A DNA stretch of 64,000 nucleotides, from the NCBI GenBank assembly GCA_020632255.1, contig JACKFX010000005.1:22827-86826 (forward strand), given 5' to 3'. Positions 49,847-58,488 of this stretch are shown one piece after another. The translations under genes and the position numbers were made by a program. Under the pieces are notes generated by a model. That model searched no databases and was not told the origin of the DNA. It saw only the letters and a program-made list of their open reading frames with translations. The DNA is from Pseudomonadales bacterium. GTDB taxonomy: Bacteria; Patescibacteriota; Microgenomatia; UBA1400; PJMF01. Position 1 is the first letter of the stretch; each line of letters starts with the position of its first letter.

Positions 49847-50839
49847 TTATTTCATCTGAGAAATAATTGTGTTTGCCAATGTATACAATTCGCGTCCAGA
49901 AAACACAGCTTGCTGTACTGAAATTCGGGAAGAATCTTGTAACAAATTCATAAAAACACGAACTCGAACTGGATTGAGTTTAAGCTGGAGATGACGTGGA
50001 ACCTGCACCAAAGCATCATCCCCCCTATCCTCATGGCCACGTCGTTTTTTAATTAAATCTTCTGCTTGTTTTCGAGTAATCCCTTCCTTTGACACCTCTT
50101 TGTGCGCTGGGACAAAAAGTCGAATTTTCAATCCATCTGGGTGGATATCTAATGAATCTTTAGCAACTTTTAGTGCATCTAACCCATTCTGGTCGAACCA
50201 ATTAGCTGGTCTTGATCGAAGATACTTGAGTACTTCTTTAACTTGCATTTCAATACCAGTCACTCTGAGTTGTTCGAAAGCCCGCATATCTAACAAACCA
50301 GCTTTCACTTCTCCAACTGCTTTTAGATAAATATGACCCTCAGCATCTATATCCAAAAATGCTGCATCTGGGTTTCTCCATGCCGCCCTGATGCCAAACT
50401 TCTGAGGATACTGCCAGACCTCTAAAAACTGATTGGTAAGGTCTGATAATGATACCCTTTCTGAAGTGTTTGGAATATCAATGGATTGTTTTTCTTCAGC
50501 TGATACTTGGATTCTGACGAGAATCTCAAACAATTCTCCTGCCACCTTATGATCAGTTCTTTTTGGCTCGTCATCAGAACCTCGAAAGTACTTTTCTTGA
50601 TATTCTTGATCTCGAACTAAAAAATCCTTCATTTGGGTTATTAGATCAGCAGGCAGTTTTGCGAGTACTTTTATCTGGGCGGCTCTATCTGGGGTATAAC
50701 TCGGTTCATGCCCAGATGTTACTAAATCACGGAGCAAACTATATAAAACGGGTTTTGCTTCTTTCAATTCATGAAGAATAGCTTTAACCTCAGTGATATC
50801 ATCCCCTTGCCGGAGAATAATTTTAAATTCATTTCCCAT
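49847..50839 (-). CDS. Hypothetical protein with candidate PD-(D/E)XK nuclease-fold core
   Basis: 330 aa; RNPDAAFLDIDAEGHIYLKAVGEVKAG contains PD ... E-V-K with spacing typical of PD-(D/E)XK. No other recognisable domain. Forms a two-gene unit with the kinase. Confidence 0.45.
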   Translation of the reverse strand: MGNEFKIILRQGDDITEVKAILHELKEAKPVLYSLLRDLVTSGHEPSYTPDRAAQIKVLAKLPADLITQMKDFLVRDQEYQEKYFRGSDDEPKRTDHKVAGELFEILVRIQVSAEEKQSIDIPNTSERVSLSDLTNQFLEVWQYPQKFGIRAAWRNPDAAFLDIDAEGHIYLKAVGEVKAGLLDMRAFEQLRVTGIEMQVKEVLKYLRSRPANWFDQNGLDALKVAKDSLDIHPDGLKIRLFVPAHKEVSKEGITRKQAEDLIKKRRGHEDRGDDALVQVPRHLQLKLNPVRVRVFMNLLQDSSRISVQQAVFSGRELYTLANTIISQMK

Positions 50840-51251
50840 ACCTTTTTATACCACTTTTCATTGCTACTGCTCATCAGTGAATTTTTTGGTATGCTACCAC
50901 TATATATGCAACGTGGCATGATTTCTTTTTCACCATCACAAGTAGCTTTTTTAAAAAATATACTTGCAGAATCTTCATTGAGTGCATCTCGTCTGAGTCA
51001 GCACATCCTCCTGGCTAGCGATGAAATAGTAAGGCTTGAGGTGAATCAAGAAGAAGTAGAATCGCTGCTCGATATATTGCCCGCTCCAAGTTCAGATACA
51101 TCACCCGAGTTGGGAGAGATTAGAACCCAATTAGTTTCATTTCTTCAATAAAAGTAACCTTCAGTTTACACAATTCATCTATCATTATTTTCTTTTTCAT
51201 GGTTTAATTGCCAGTATCACTAAGTAGTAAATGTTTATACAAGGAGTACGT

Positions 51252-52037
51252 ATGCCTCAAAAGGAAAACCCATACTCACTACAATCCTTCCTCGCATTTG
51301 TAAATAACAACTTTGTCATGTTATTGCTCGTGTTGTTCTTCTTTGCTGGAGGTTTTGTTGTCGGTTCACTCTGGACCGAAAATCAAATTATTAAAAATAG
51401 TGGAGTAACTGCCCCAACCGCAGCTGCAGGAGCAAAAGGTGCTACTGACCCAGTTGGCCCTGCTGGCCCAACTGCTGCTCAGCTCGCTGAAGTACCGCCA
51501 GTTACCGAAGCTGATCACATTAGAGGAAATGCCAATGCACCGATCCTCTTAGTTGAATACTCAGATTATGAGTGTCCTTTCTGTGCTCGTTTCCATGAAA
51601 CAACAAAGGAAATTTTAGCTGAATTTGGAGACGACGTTGCCCTCGTGTACCGTCACTACCCACTTCCTTTCCATGCAAATGCTCAAAAAGCTGCAGAAGC
51701 TTCTGAGTGTGTAGCAAAAATTGCAGGAAATGATAAGTTCTGGGAATTCACTGACCTCTACTTCGCAACTACTGATAGTTCAGGCACTGGTGTCGCTGTT
51801 GAAGAAATGGGAGCACTGGCTGGACAAATTGGTGTCGATGCAGCAGCTGTACAAGAGTGTGTAGACAGTGGTGAGATGGAATCAATAGTCATCGCTCAAA
51901 TGGATGCTGGGACTGCTGTTGGTGTCTCAGGAACTCCTGGCACATTTATTGTCACAAAAGATGGAGCTCAGGAACTTATTCCCGGTGCTCTACCAACTGC
52001 AGACGTAAGTAACATGATCTCAAATTACTTAAACTAA
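51252..52037 (+). CDS. DsbA-like membrane-anchored thiol:disulfide oxidoreductase (start at ATG 51252 after AAGGAG)
   Basis: N-terminal TM helix, CPFCARFH thioredoxin-fold active site, DsbA/BdbD-like helical insertion; strong RBS AAGGAG 5 nt upstream of ATG 51252. Confidence 0.75.
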   Translation: MPQKENPYSLQSFLAFVNNNFVMLLLVLFFFAGGFVVGSLWTENQIIKNSGVTAPTAAAGAKGATDPVGPAGPTAAQLAEVPPVTEADHIRGNANAPILLVEYSDYECPFCARFHETTKEILAEFGDDVALVYRHYPLPFHANAQKAAEASECVAKIAGNDKFWEFTDLYFATTDSSGTGVAVEEMGALAGQIGVDAAAVQECVDSGEMESIVIAQMDAGTAVGVSGTPGTFIVTKDGAQELIPGALPTADVSNMISNYLN

Positions 52038-52057
52038 GTAGATTTACAAGAGACTGT

Positions 52058-52091
52058 GAAATGCGGCGCCAAAGGCGCCGCATTTTTTATG
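52058..52091 (+). terminator. Rho-independent terminator after the dsbA-like gene
   Basis: Perfect 12-bp stem aaatgcggcgcc / ggcgccgcattt with 3-nt loop followed by TTTTTT. Confidence 0.85.
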
Positions 52092-52156
52092 TAATCAAAC
52101 AAAAAAACGTATGAAACTTTATCTCTACCGTATGTATCAATAAAAAAACAATCTCT

Positions 52157-52402
52157 TTATTTGGTGTGCACCTTAATGACATTAACCGGACAAGCTTCTG
52201 CTGCTGCCTTGTTCTCGTCGATGTCTTCATGTACTACCTTACGCTGGTAGAGATTCTTACCTTTTTTTGCATCAACTAAATCTGACTTACCATCATCTGG
52301 ATTCATGCTCCAATATCGAGGACAAAGAAGTGCACACATGCCACATCCAATACAGTTCTCTCTGTCATGTGTGACGGTGGCATCTTGGTATGAGTCAGAC
52401 AT
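52157..52402 (-). CDS. Ferredoxin (4Fe-4S type)
   Basis: 81 aa; CIGCGMCALLCP and CPVNVI cysteine motifs. Confidence 0.8.
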   Translation of the reverse strand: MSDSYQDATVTHDRENCIGCGMCALLCPRYWSMNPDDGKSDLVDAKKGKNLYQRKVVHEDIDENKAAAEACPVNVIKVHTK

Positions 52403-52408
52403 ATGAAG

Positions 52409-53671
52409 TTACTCCGATACTCCTACAATTTTATAGAGACGGTCGCCTTCGCGAACTCTTCCAGCAACTTTAAACGTGACTTTTTCTGCCTTTTGGGCTA
52501 CCCCAACCACTTCACCTTCAACCTGAATTTCTGGTTTTTCACCACGCAGCACTCCAGTGGTTCTACCGGTAAAAACATACTCATCAGTGTGTGAAAATGG
52601 ATTTTCTTGAACAAGCACTTCAGCAATACCTACCTTTGGATAGTAGTGGGTAACTGCGCCCACCAATTCGCGTCGTTTTGTGGCTTTATTACCATAGATA
52701 CCACTCCACTCAACAAATGGCTTTCCAAGGTAAAATCCGGCACTCAGGCCTCTGTTATACACAGTTCCCAAACGCTTGTTCCACTCTACTACTTTTTCCT
52801 GTGAATAGGTTCCTTCATTTAGAGAATCAAGCGCTTCACGATAGACACGCACAATGGTGTCAACATAATCAGCACTTCGGCCTCGGCCTTCAAGCTTGAG
52901 TACTGTTATACCAGCGTCAACTAATTCATCAAGCAACCCCACGGTACACAGATCTTCTGGACTCAATACATAGTCATTTTCAACTTTGAGCTGTGTTTTG
53001 GTTTGCTCATCGATGATTTTATAACTACGACGACAGTTTTGGCGACACGCACCTCTATTAGCTGAAGAGTTATCTGTAAGTAAACTCATGCTACAACGGC
53101 CAGAAATAGCTACGCACATGGCTCCATGCCCAAACACTTCAATGTCCAATGGTTTTCCATTGCGGCCACGGATATCTTGTTCTTTAATTTGGGTGCAGAT
53201 GTTTTTCATCATTGGCACCGTTAACTCACGTGCCAACACAATCATATCTGAGTACTGCGCATAGAACTTAACCGACTCTATGTTTGAAATAGAAAGCTGT
53301 GTAGAAATGTGAACTTCAACATCAATACTATTTGCATAGGTAATAGCTGCCATATCGGCAGCGATGATAGCATCAATCCCTGCTGCTTTGACAGCATCTA
53401 TTATTTTGTAAGCTAACTTGAGGTCATGGTCATACAACAACGTATTGAGAGTTAAGTAGGTTCTCACTCCATGCTTTTGAGAAATTTTAGCAATCTCTGC
53501 CAAGTCTTTGAAATCAAAATTGCTGGCCGCACGAGCACGCATATTTAGTTGGGTAATACCAAAAAAAACAGAATCTGCACCTGCATTGATCGCTGCCTGC
53601 AAACTCTCAAATGACCCCACAGGGGCCATCAGCTCGACAGTATGTGGGACTTTTTTGCCTGTTGATTCCAT
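52409..53671 (-). CDS. Peptidase-U32-family protein (RlhA/TrhP/UbiU-like Fe-S hydroxylase family)
   Basis: 420 aa; ELMAPVGSFESLQAAINAGADSVFFG N-terminus and conserved Cys cluster (GAMCVAISGRCSMS ... GACRQNCRR) typical of U32 proteins; 4 nt from the ferredoxin gene. Confidence 0.85.
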   Translation of the reverse strand: MESTGKKVPHTVELMAPVGSFESLQAAINAGADSVFFGITQLNMRARAASNFDFKDLAEIAKISQKHGVRTYLTLNTLLYDHDLKLAYKIIDAVKAAGIDAIIAADMAAITYANSIDVEVHISTQLSISNIESVKFYAQYSDMIVLARELTVPMMKNICTQIKEQDIRGRNGKPLDIEVFGHGAMCVAISGRCSMSLLTDNSSANRGACRQNCRRSYKIIDEQTKTQLKVENDYVLSPEDLCTVGLLDELVDAGITVLKLEGRGRSADYVDTIVRVYREALDSLNEGTYSQEKVVEWNKRLGTVYNRGLSAGFYLGKPFVEWSGIYGNKATKRRELVGAVTHYYPKVGIAEVLVQENPFSHTDEYVFTGRTTGVLRGEKPEIQVEGEVVGVAQKAEKVTFKVAGRVREGDRLYKIVGVSE

Positions 53672-53782
53672 GTTTTTCTTTCAAAATTATTTTGCTTCTT
53701 GAGGGTTGTATTGTACTTTTTTTCTTTCAGAAAAACAACGCTGCATCTCAAACTACAAGATTAGAGGTATAATTATCCCACT

Positions 53783-54277
53783 ATGCAACCACACTCTATG
53801 GCAGCACTCGCACTTGCAGGTCATCTTTGGAACAGTTATGTACCACCCAAAATAGCTAAATGCGTGATGCGTGTCGAATTTAGAAAACACGGCGAGTATG
53901 TCTCAAACATGTATGACATGCTCGACATTACCGAAAGCAGTGATCGTCGAGAACTGAAGGTTCGCATCATGCGTAGCGGAGGTGGACTCTCATGTACTGT
54001 GGTTATTCGTAGAAATTCTCTCGAAGAAGGCTCTGAAGTAACCATGACCCACGAAACCATTCATGTTTCAGGCCTACGAGAAGTTTTTAATTTGTACAAA
54101 ATGAAGATTGTGAGTGGCCGCCACTACAACAGTATGAAGTATCGAAACTTTGCAGGTGACTTTGTGAGTGATGACCGAAAAGTCCTTAACTTTGTGTGTG
54201 AAGTCAAAGACTCTCGGGGCAATTTTTATGCCGTCCCATACCGACTCGATAGAATCCAACTCATACACAGCAACTAA
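53783..54277 (+). CDS. Hypothetical protein
   Basis: 164 aa, no recognisable motif; precedes the rsmB-like gene by 3 nt. Confidence 0.4.
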   Translation: MQPHSMAALALAGHLWNSYVPPKIAKCVMRVEFRKHGEYVSNMYDMLDITESSDRRELKVRIMRSGGGLSCTVVIRRNSLEEGSEVTMTHETIHVSGLREVFNLYKMKIVSGRHYNSMKYRNFAGDFVSDDRKVLNFVCEVKDSRGNFYAVPYRLDRIQLIHSN

Positions 54278-54280
54278 CCT

Positions 54281-55216
54281 ATGGAACAAAAAATAACAGG
54301 AAAACGAGCTTTTGAAGAATACTATCAAGGCATATGTAAGTCTGAATCCGAATACCGCACTTTCCTAACCGCACTAAAAGAAAACCGACCGCCTGCACTC
54401 CGTTTTGATCTACAACACGAAACACAACTCCGTCAAGACTGGCAAGAAGCTGGCCTGAGTTTTACTCCACTTGATTGGTATCCCTATGCAGTTTCTTGGC
54501 CACCTGAGGTCCCACTTGGTACCGAGTTACCTGGCTTTGCAGAGCATCTTTTTTACCCAATGAATGCCTCTTCACTCCTACCAGTCTTGGCACTGAACCC
54601 GCACCCAGGTGAATACATTCTCGATGCGTGTGCTGCCCCTGGTGGCAAAGCCCTGTTTATAGCAGAGCAACTTGGCGATTCGCATACGCTCATCGCCAAC
54701 GACCTCTCCCGTGCCCGCCGTGATCGCATGAAAAAAGTCTTTGCCGATTATGAAGAAAAAGTGGGAGTCTGGGGCATGAAAGCTGAGCTCATTTGTAAAA
54801 AAGCTCCGGAAGCCTTCGATAAAATTCTCTTAGATGCCCCCTGTAGTTCTGAAGCACACATCTATACAAACAAAGAAGAGCTTGATAAATGGACACCCAA
54901 CCGCATTAAAGGACTTAAAAAACGCCAAGTTGGACTCCTTAATGGAGTTTGGCATGCGCTCAAACCTGGAGGTACATTGGTCTACTCAACATGTGCGGTC
55001 ACCCCTGAAGAAAACGAATGGGTTGTGGGAAAATTCCTCAAGAAACGAAAAGGTGAGGCAGAACTGCTACCATTCCCGGTACAAGATGCTCCCGGTTCAG
55101 GTGGTATCCCTGGTGAGTACCCAACTAAGTTTGACGTCAGCTTCGTCCATCGTGTACTTCCACACAAAGACAATCTTGATCCTATGTTTGTGGCAGTCTT
55201 TAAGAAACGTGTGTAA
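54281..55216 (+). CDS. NOL1/NOP2/Sun-family RNA (cytosine-C5)-methyltransferase
   Basis: 311 aa; DACAAPGGK (SAM motif I), DAPCS (motif IV Cys), YSTCAV (motif VI Cys). Confidence 0.8.
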   Translation: MEQKITGKRAFEEYYQGICKSESEYRTFLTALKENRPPALRFDLQHETQLRQDWQEAGLSFTPLDWYPYAVSWPPEVPLGTELPGFAEHLFYPMNASSLLPVLALNPHPGEYILDACAAPGGKALFIAEQLGDSHTLIANDLSRARRDRMKKVFADYEEKVGVWGMKAELICKKAPEAFDKILLDAPCSSEAHIYTNKEELDKWTPNRIKGLKKRQVGLLNGVWHALKPGGTLVYSTCAVTPEENEWVVGKFLKKRKGEAELLPFPVQDAPGSGGIPGEYPTKFDVSFVHRVLPHKDNLDPMFVAVFKKRV

Positions 55217-55817
55217 ATAAATCTTCGTTTGAAAATCTAAACTTTGGACGTTCTGGGCCTTCTTTTCGATACCCGAGTGCTAAGGATACTGCTGGAATTA
55301 ATGTATCTGGCATCTGGAGTATCTTGGCATATTCAGCAGGCAAAAAGCCTTCCATTGGACATGAGTCTATACGTAACTCTGCAGCTGCAGCCAAAGCAAA
55401 GCCAAGGGCAATATATACCTGATTACGAGCCCAGGTTACTAACTCTTCTGGAGATTTCTTTGAGAGGGATTTCTTTCGAATACTTCGCATCTTTTCGAGA
55501 GAAGCTAGCTTTTCTGGATCCCCTGCTGCAAGTGCCTCGATATGCTCATCAACTCTATCTACCCCATCTGTTCGGGCTGCAAATACAATATAGTAACTAG
55601 ACTCTTCAACTTGGGCTTGATCAAATGATGCTGCCCGTAATTCTTTGAGCACATCTTTATTTGAAACGACGTACGCATGGAATGGCTGCATGCCAAATGA
55701 TGTTGGAGCCATACGAATAGCTTCTAAAACCGTATCAAGATCTTCTGCTGAGACTTTTTTGTCTGAACTAAAATGTTTGGCGGCGAAACGCCAATTGAGT
55801 GAATCTAAAAATGGCAT
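55200..55817 (-). CDS. Nitroreductase-family NAD(P)H oxidoreductase
   Basis: 205 aa; RFAAKHFSSDKKVSAEDLDTVLEAIRMAPTSFGMQPFH is the typical nitroreductase N-terminal FMN-binding segment. Confidence 0.7.
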   Translation of the reverse strand: MPFLDSLNWRFAAKHFSSDKKVSAEDLDTVLEAIRMAPTSFGMQPFHAYVVSNKDVLKELRAASFDQAQVEESSYYIVFAARTDGVDRVDEHIEALAAGDPEKLASLEKMRSIRKKSLSKKSPEELVTWARNQVYIALGFALAAAAELRIDSCPMEGFLPAEYAKILQMPDTLIPAVSLALGYRKEGPERPKFRFSNEDLFTHVS

Positions 55818-55876
55818 ATATACCTTTCCAGTACTTTTTAAGAGTATAACTTAGTTGGCTACTGAAGAGAAACGCA

Positions 55877-55902
55877 AATGCGCGGGGCTCTGCCCCGCGC
55901 AT
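55877..55902 (-). terminator. Intrinsic terminator downstream of the LTXXQ gene
   Basis: 11-bp GC-rich stem atgcgcggggc/gccccgcgcat with tct loop; U-rich tract (UUGCGUUUCUCUUC) follows on the minus-strand RNA. Confidence 0.6.
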
Positions 55903-55979
55903 TCTGCCAATCTTCAACTTTGTCTGACAGACATCATTTCAGAATGGGATGAGTTTGCAACTTGACCCACTTGGTCAAA

Positions 55980-56501
55980 TTAAGGATGCATGCCCATGCC
56001 GCCGCCTCTTCCAAAGCCTTGGCCATCGCCATTACCGTTTCGCTCACCCTTTGGACCGACTGGTCCACCGGCTGGCATGATCTCAGACGTATCTATGCCC
56101 TGCTCTTCTGCCCAAGCTTTCATTTCAGCCCGGTGTTGCTCACGATATGCATCTCTCTCCTCTGGTGTAGCATTCATCAGTGCCTCGTGGTCTGCCCGCA
56201 TTTCTTCATGCTTTTGAATGATAGCATCTGATTGCTCCTGAGTAAGCGTGCCATCTTCAACTAAAGAAGCTAAGTGCTCCTCAAAACGCTCTTGCGCAGC
56301 AACTTGTCGCTCAACACGATACTGTGAGAAAACCTCTTCAACATCGCTTTCATTGAGCCCAAATCGCTCAGCAATTCGCATCGCCAGTGGAAGTCCACGC
56401 TCTGCTTCCATTGCTTGAACTGTAGAAGCGGAGAATGCTCCAACGGTCAAAAGTCCTGCAATAGCGAGAGCGGGGATAATAATTTTTTTACTGTGTGTCA
56501 T
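55980..56501 (-). CDS. Periplasmic LTXXQ-motif (CpxP/Spy-like) protein (start re-placed at ATG 56501)
   Basis: Signal peptide begins at MTHSKKIIIPALAIAGLLTVGAFSA, preceded by AAAGGA. Helical Glu/Arg-rich protein with LTQEQ motif and Gly-rich tail. Sits immediately downstream of an OmpR-type two-component pair, as cpxP does relative to cpxRA. Confidence 0.6.
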   Translation of the reverse strand: MTHSKKIIIPALAIAGLLTVGAFSASTVQAMEAERGLPLAMRIAERFGLNESDVEEVFSQYRVERQVAAQERFEEHLASLVEDGTLTQEQSDAIIQKHEEMRADHEALMNATPEERDAYREQHRAEMKAWAEEQGIDTSEIMPAGGPVGPKGERNGNGDGQGFGRGGGMGMHP

Positions 56502-56583
56502 CTGTCCTTTCAACAAACTATTTACTACTATGGTTATAGTAGCCAACAAAACTGAGAATACGCTTAAAAAATGAGAGTAAAAA

Positions 56584-57660
56584 CTACTTTTGTGATAGTG
56601 GAAATGAAATTTTAAATGTTGAACCTTTTCCAACTTGGCTAGAAACTGAAATCATTCCACCATGCATCTCAACAATTTCTTTGGCAACAGCTAAACCAAG
56701 CCCAAACCCAGAAGCACCTTTGCTTGTTCGTGATTGATCAACCCGATAAAATCGATTGAAAATACAATTCAAATCAGCTTCGGCAATTCCAACACCCGTA
56801 TCTTTTACCAAAATAACAGCCTGATTACGAATAGCTTTCACCACAACTGCCACCGAGCCTTCTTGCGTATACTTGATCGCATTCTCAAGTAAGATGCTCA
56901 TCAGTTCTTGGATTTTTTCCTCATCAGCTTGTACCTCAAGGGTGTCTCCACTTAGTATCAGCTCAAGATCTTTTTCTACTGCAAGTGGTTTTATTGTCTT
57001 GATAACTCGTTTGACCAACCGCTGAAGATTGAATGTTCTAAATGAAAGTTGCCTTCTGTTGCCTTGATAGACTGTAAGTCGAAGCAATTTATCAACAAGA
57101 TAGTGAAGCTGTTCTACCTCTCGTTGTGATGTCGCCACCAGTTCTTTAGTATCTGCAAGTGTTGGCTTCTTTTTTAAAGAAAAAACTTCTAGCAACGTTT
57201 TAAGTGCAGCAACTGGCGTACGTAGTTCATGTGATGCGTCAGCAATAAATTGTTTTTGGTCTTCATGTGCCTTCTGAATTGGCGCAAGTGTTTTTCCAGC
57301 AAGCAACCAACCTGCAAAAATAGAAAAGAATGCCAGAATGCCATTAATTAAAATAAGTTGTAAAAAAACACTTTCTTTGGCAAGCGCCAGATCTTCCTGC
57401 ATAAGTTGACTTTTAACAACCTCTTGCAGACGCGGATCATCCAGATTTTCAAGTTCTTTACGCCAATGAAGTGGAAGAGAAATATTATGTTCTTCAGCAA
57501 GTACTCTAACTTTGGCACGCGCAAAATTTCTTTCGAGCTCTGCCGAAAATGAAAAATAAAGCGCAACACTAAATAAAAGGCTAATTACCATTATAGTTAC
57601 CAAATACCACAGTGTTAGCTTAATCCGAGCAGAATGGAACATACCACTAAACATAGTCAT
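56584..57660 (-). CDS. Sensor histidine kinase (two TM, HisKA + HATPase_c)
   Basis: 358 aa; H-box ASHELRTPVAAL; N, G1 (DTGVGI) and G2 (GFGLGLA) boxes. Confidence 0.9.
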   Translation of the reverse strand: MTMFSGMFHSARIKLTLWYLVTIMVISLLFSVALYFSFSAELERNFARAKVRVLAEEHNISLPLHWRKELENLDDPRLQEVVKSQLMQEDLALAKESVFLQLILINGILAFFSIFAGWLLAGKTLAPIQKAHEDQKQFIADASHELRTPVAALKTLLEVFSLKKKPTLADTKELVATSQREVEQLHYLVDKLLRLTVYQGNRRQLSFRTFNLQRLVKRVIKTIKPLAVEKDLELILSGDTLEVQADEEKIQELMSILLENAIKYTQEGSVAVVVKAIRNQAVILVKDTGVGIAEADLNCIFNRFYRVDQSRTSKGASGFGLGLAVAKEIVEMHGGMISVSSQVGKGSTFKISFPLSQK

Positions 57661-58355
57661 GCTTGCCCTTCTTCCTTGACACTATATCCAAAACCTCTAA
57701 CAGTAGAAATAATGGCCCCCTTATTCTTAAATGGTTTTTCCAATTTTGTACGCAAATACCCAATGTACACCTCAACAGTATTAGGTAATACGTCAGCATC
57801 AAACTCCCAAACATTTTCGAGTAGTGAGTCTTTTGAGACCACGGTTCCTTGATGTTGGAGCAAGTATACCAATAGTGCATATTCGCGCTTTGAAAGCTGT
57901 ATAGGGGTGCCAAAACGTTCTACTTGCATAGTACTAGTGTTCACTGTCAAACCTTTATAGGAAATGACTTCGCTTACAAAATGTGGTGCGCGCCGACCTA
58001 ATGCCTGAACTCGAGCAACTAACTCCGCAAACTCAAAAGGCTTCACTAAATAATCATCGGCGCCTAACTCAAAACCTACCACTTTGTCTTCTAGCTCACC
58101 TCGAGCAGTTAGCATCAGAATTGGGGTAGAAATATCTTCCTTGCGAAGTTGTTCACATATGTTCTGCCCTGACATACCAGGCAACATCAAATCAAGAATA
58201 ATAACGTTGTACTCCTCATTAGCAGCTAAGTCGTACCCCGTTTCACCATCAAACGCCACATCTACCACATGACCAAAGGTTTCTAGACCCTTCTGAACCG
58301 ACGTGGCAATGGTTTTATTGTCTTCTACAACAAGTATTTTCATACGTGTTATCAT
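57657..58355 (-). CDS. OmpR-family response regulator
   Basis: 232 aa; receiver domain (ILVVEDN, LDLMLPGMSG, K in LVKP) plus winged-helix output; its stop overlaps the kinase start. Confidence 0.92.
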   Translation of the reverse strand: MITRMKILVVEDNKTIATSVQKGLETFGHVVDVAFDGETGYDLAANEEYNVIILDLMLPGMSGQNICEQLRKEDISTPILMLTARGELEDKVVGFELGADDYLVKPFEFAELVARVQALGRRAPHFVSEVISYKGLTVNTSTMQVERFGTPIQLSKREYALLVYLLQHQGTVVSKDSLLENVWEFDADVLPNTVEVYIGYLRTKLEKPFKNKGAIISTVRGFGYSVKEEGQA

Positions 58356-58444
58356 TCTACACCTGATTTCTGAGAAATGACTGAAAAGTTACTTCGCTGG
58401 TGGCTATATAGGCCCAATGGTGCTATACTACGTGCCTGCCTAAA

Positions 58445-58468
58445 AACCAGGCCTAGCTTGGTTTTTTT
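58445..58468 (+). promoter_or_regulatory. Terminator-like hairpin plus T7 run in the 5' leader of typA
   Basis: aaccagg-cctag-cttggtt (7-bp stem with one G.U) followed by TTTTTTT, ending ~20 nt before the typA start codon. Confidence 0.35.
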
Positions 58469-58488
58469 AATTGATCGAGGGACCAAAT

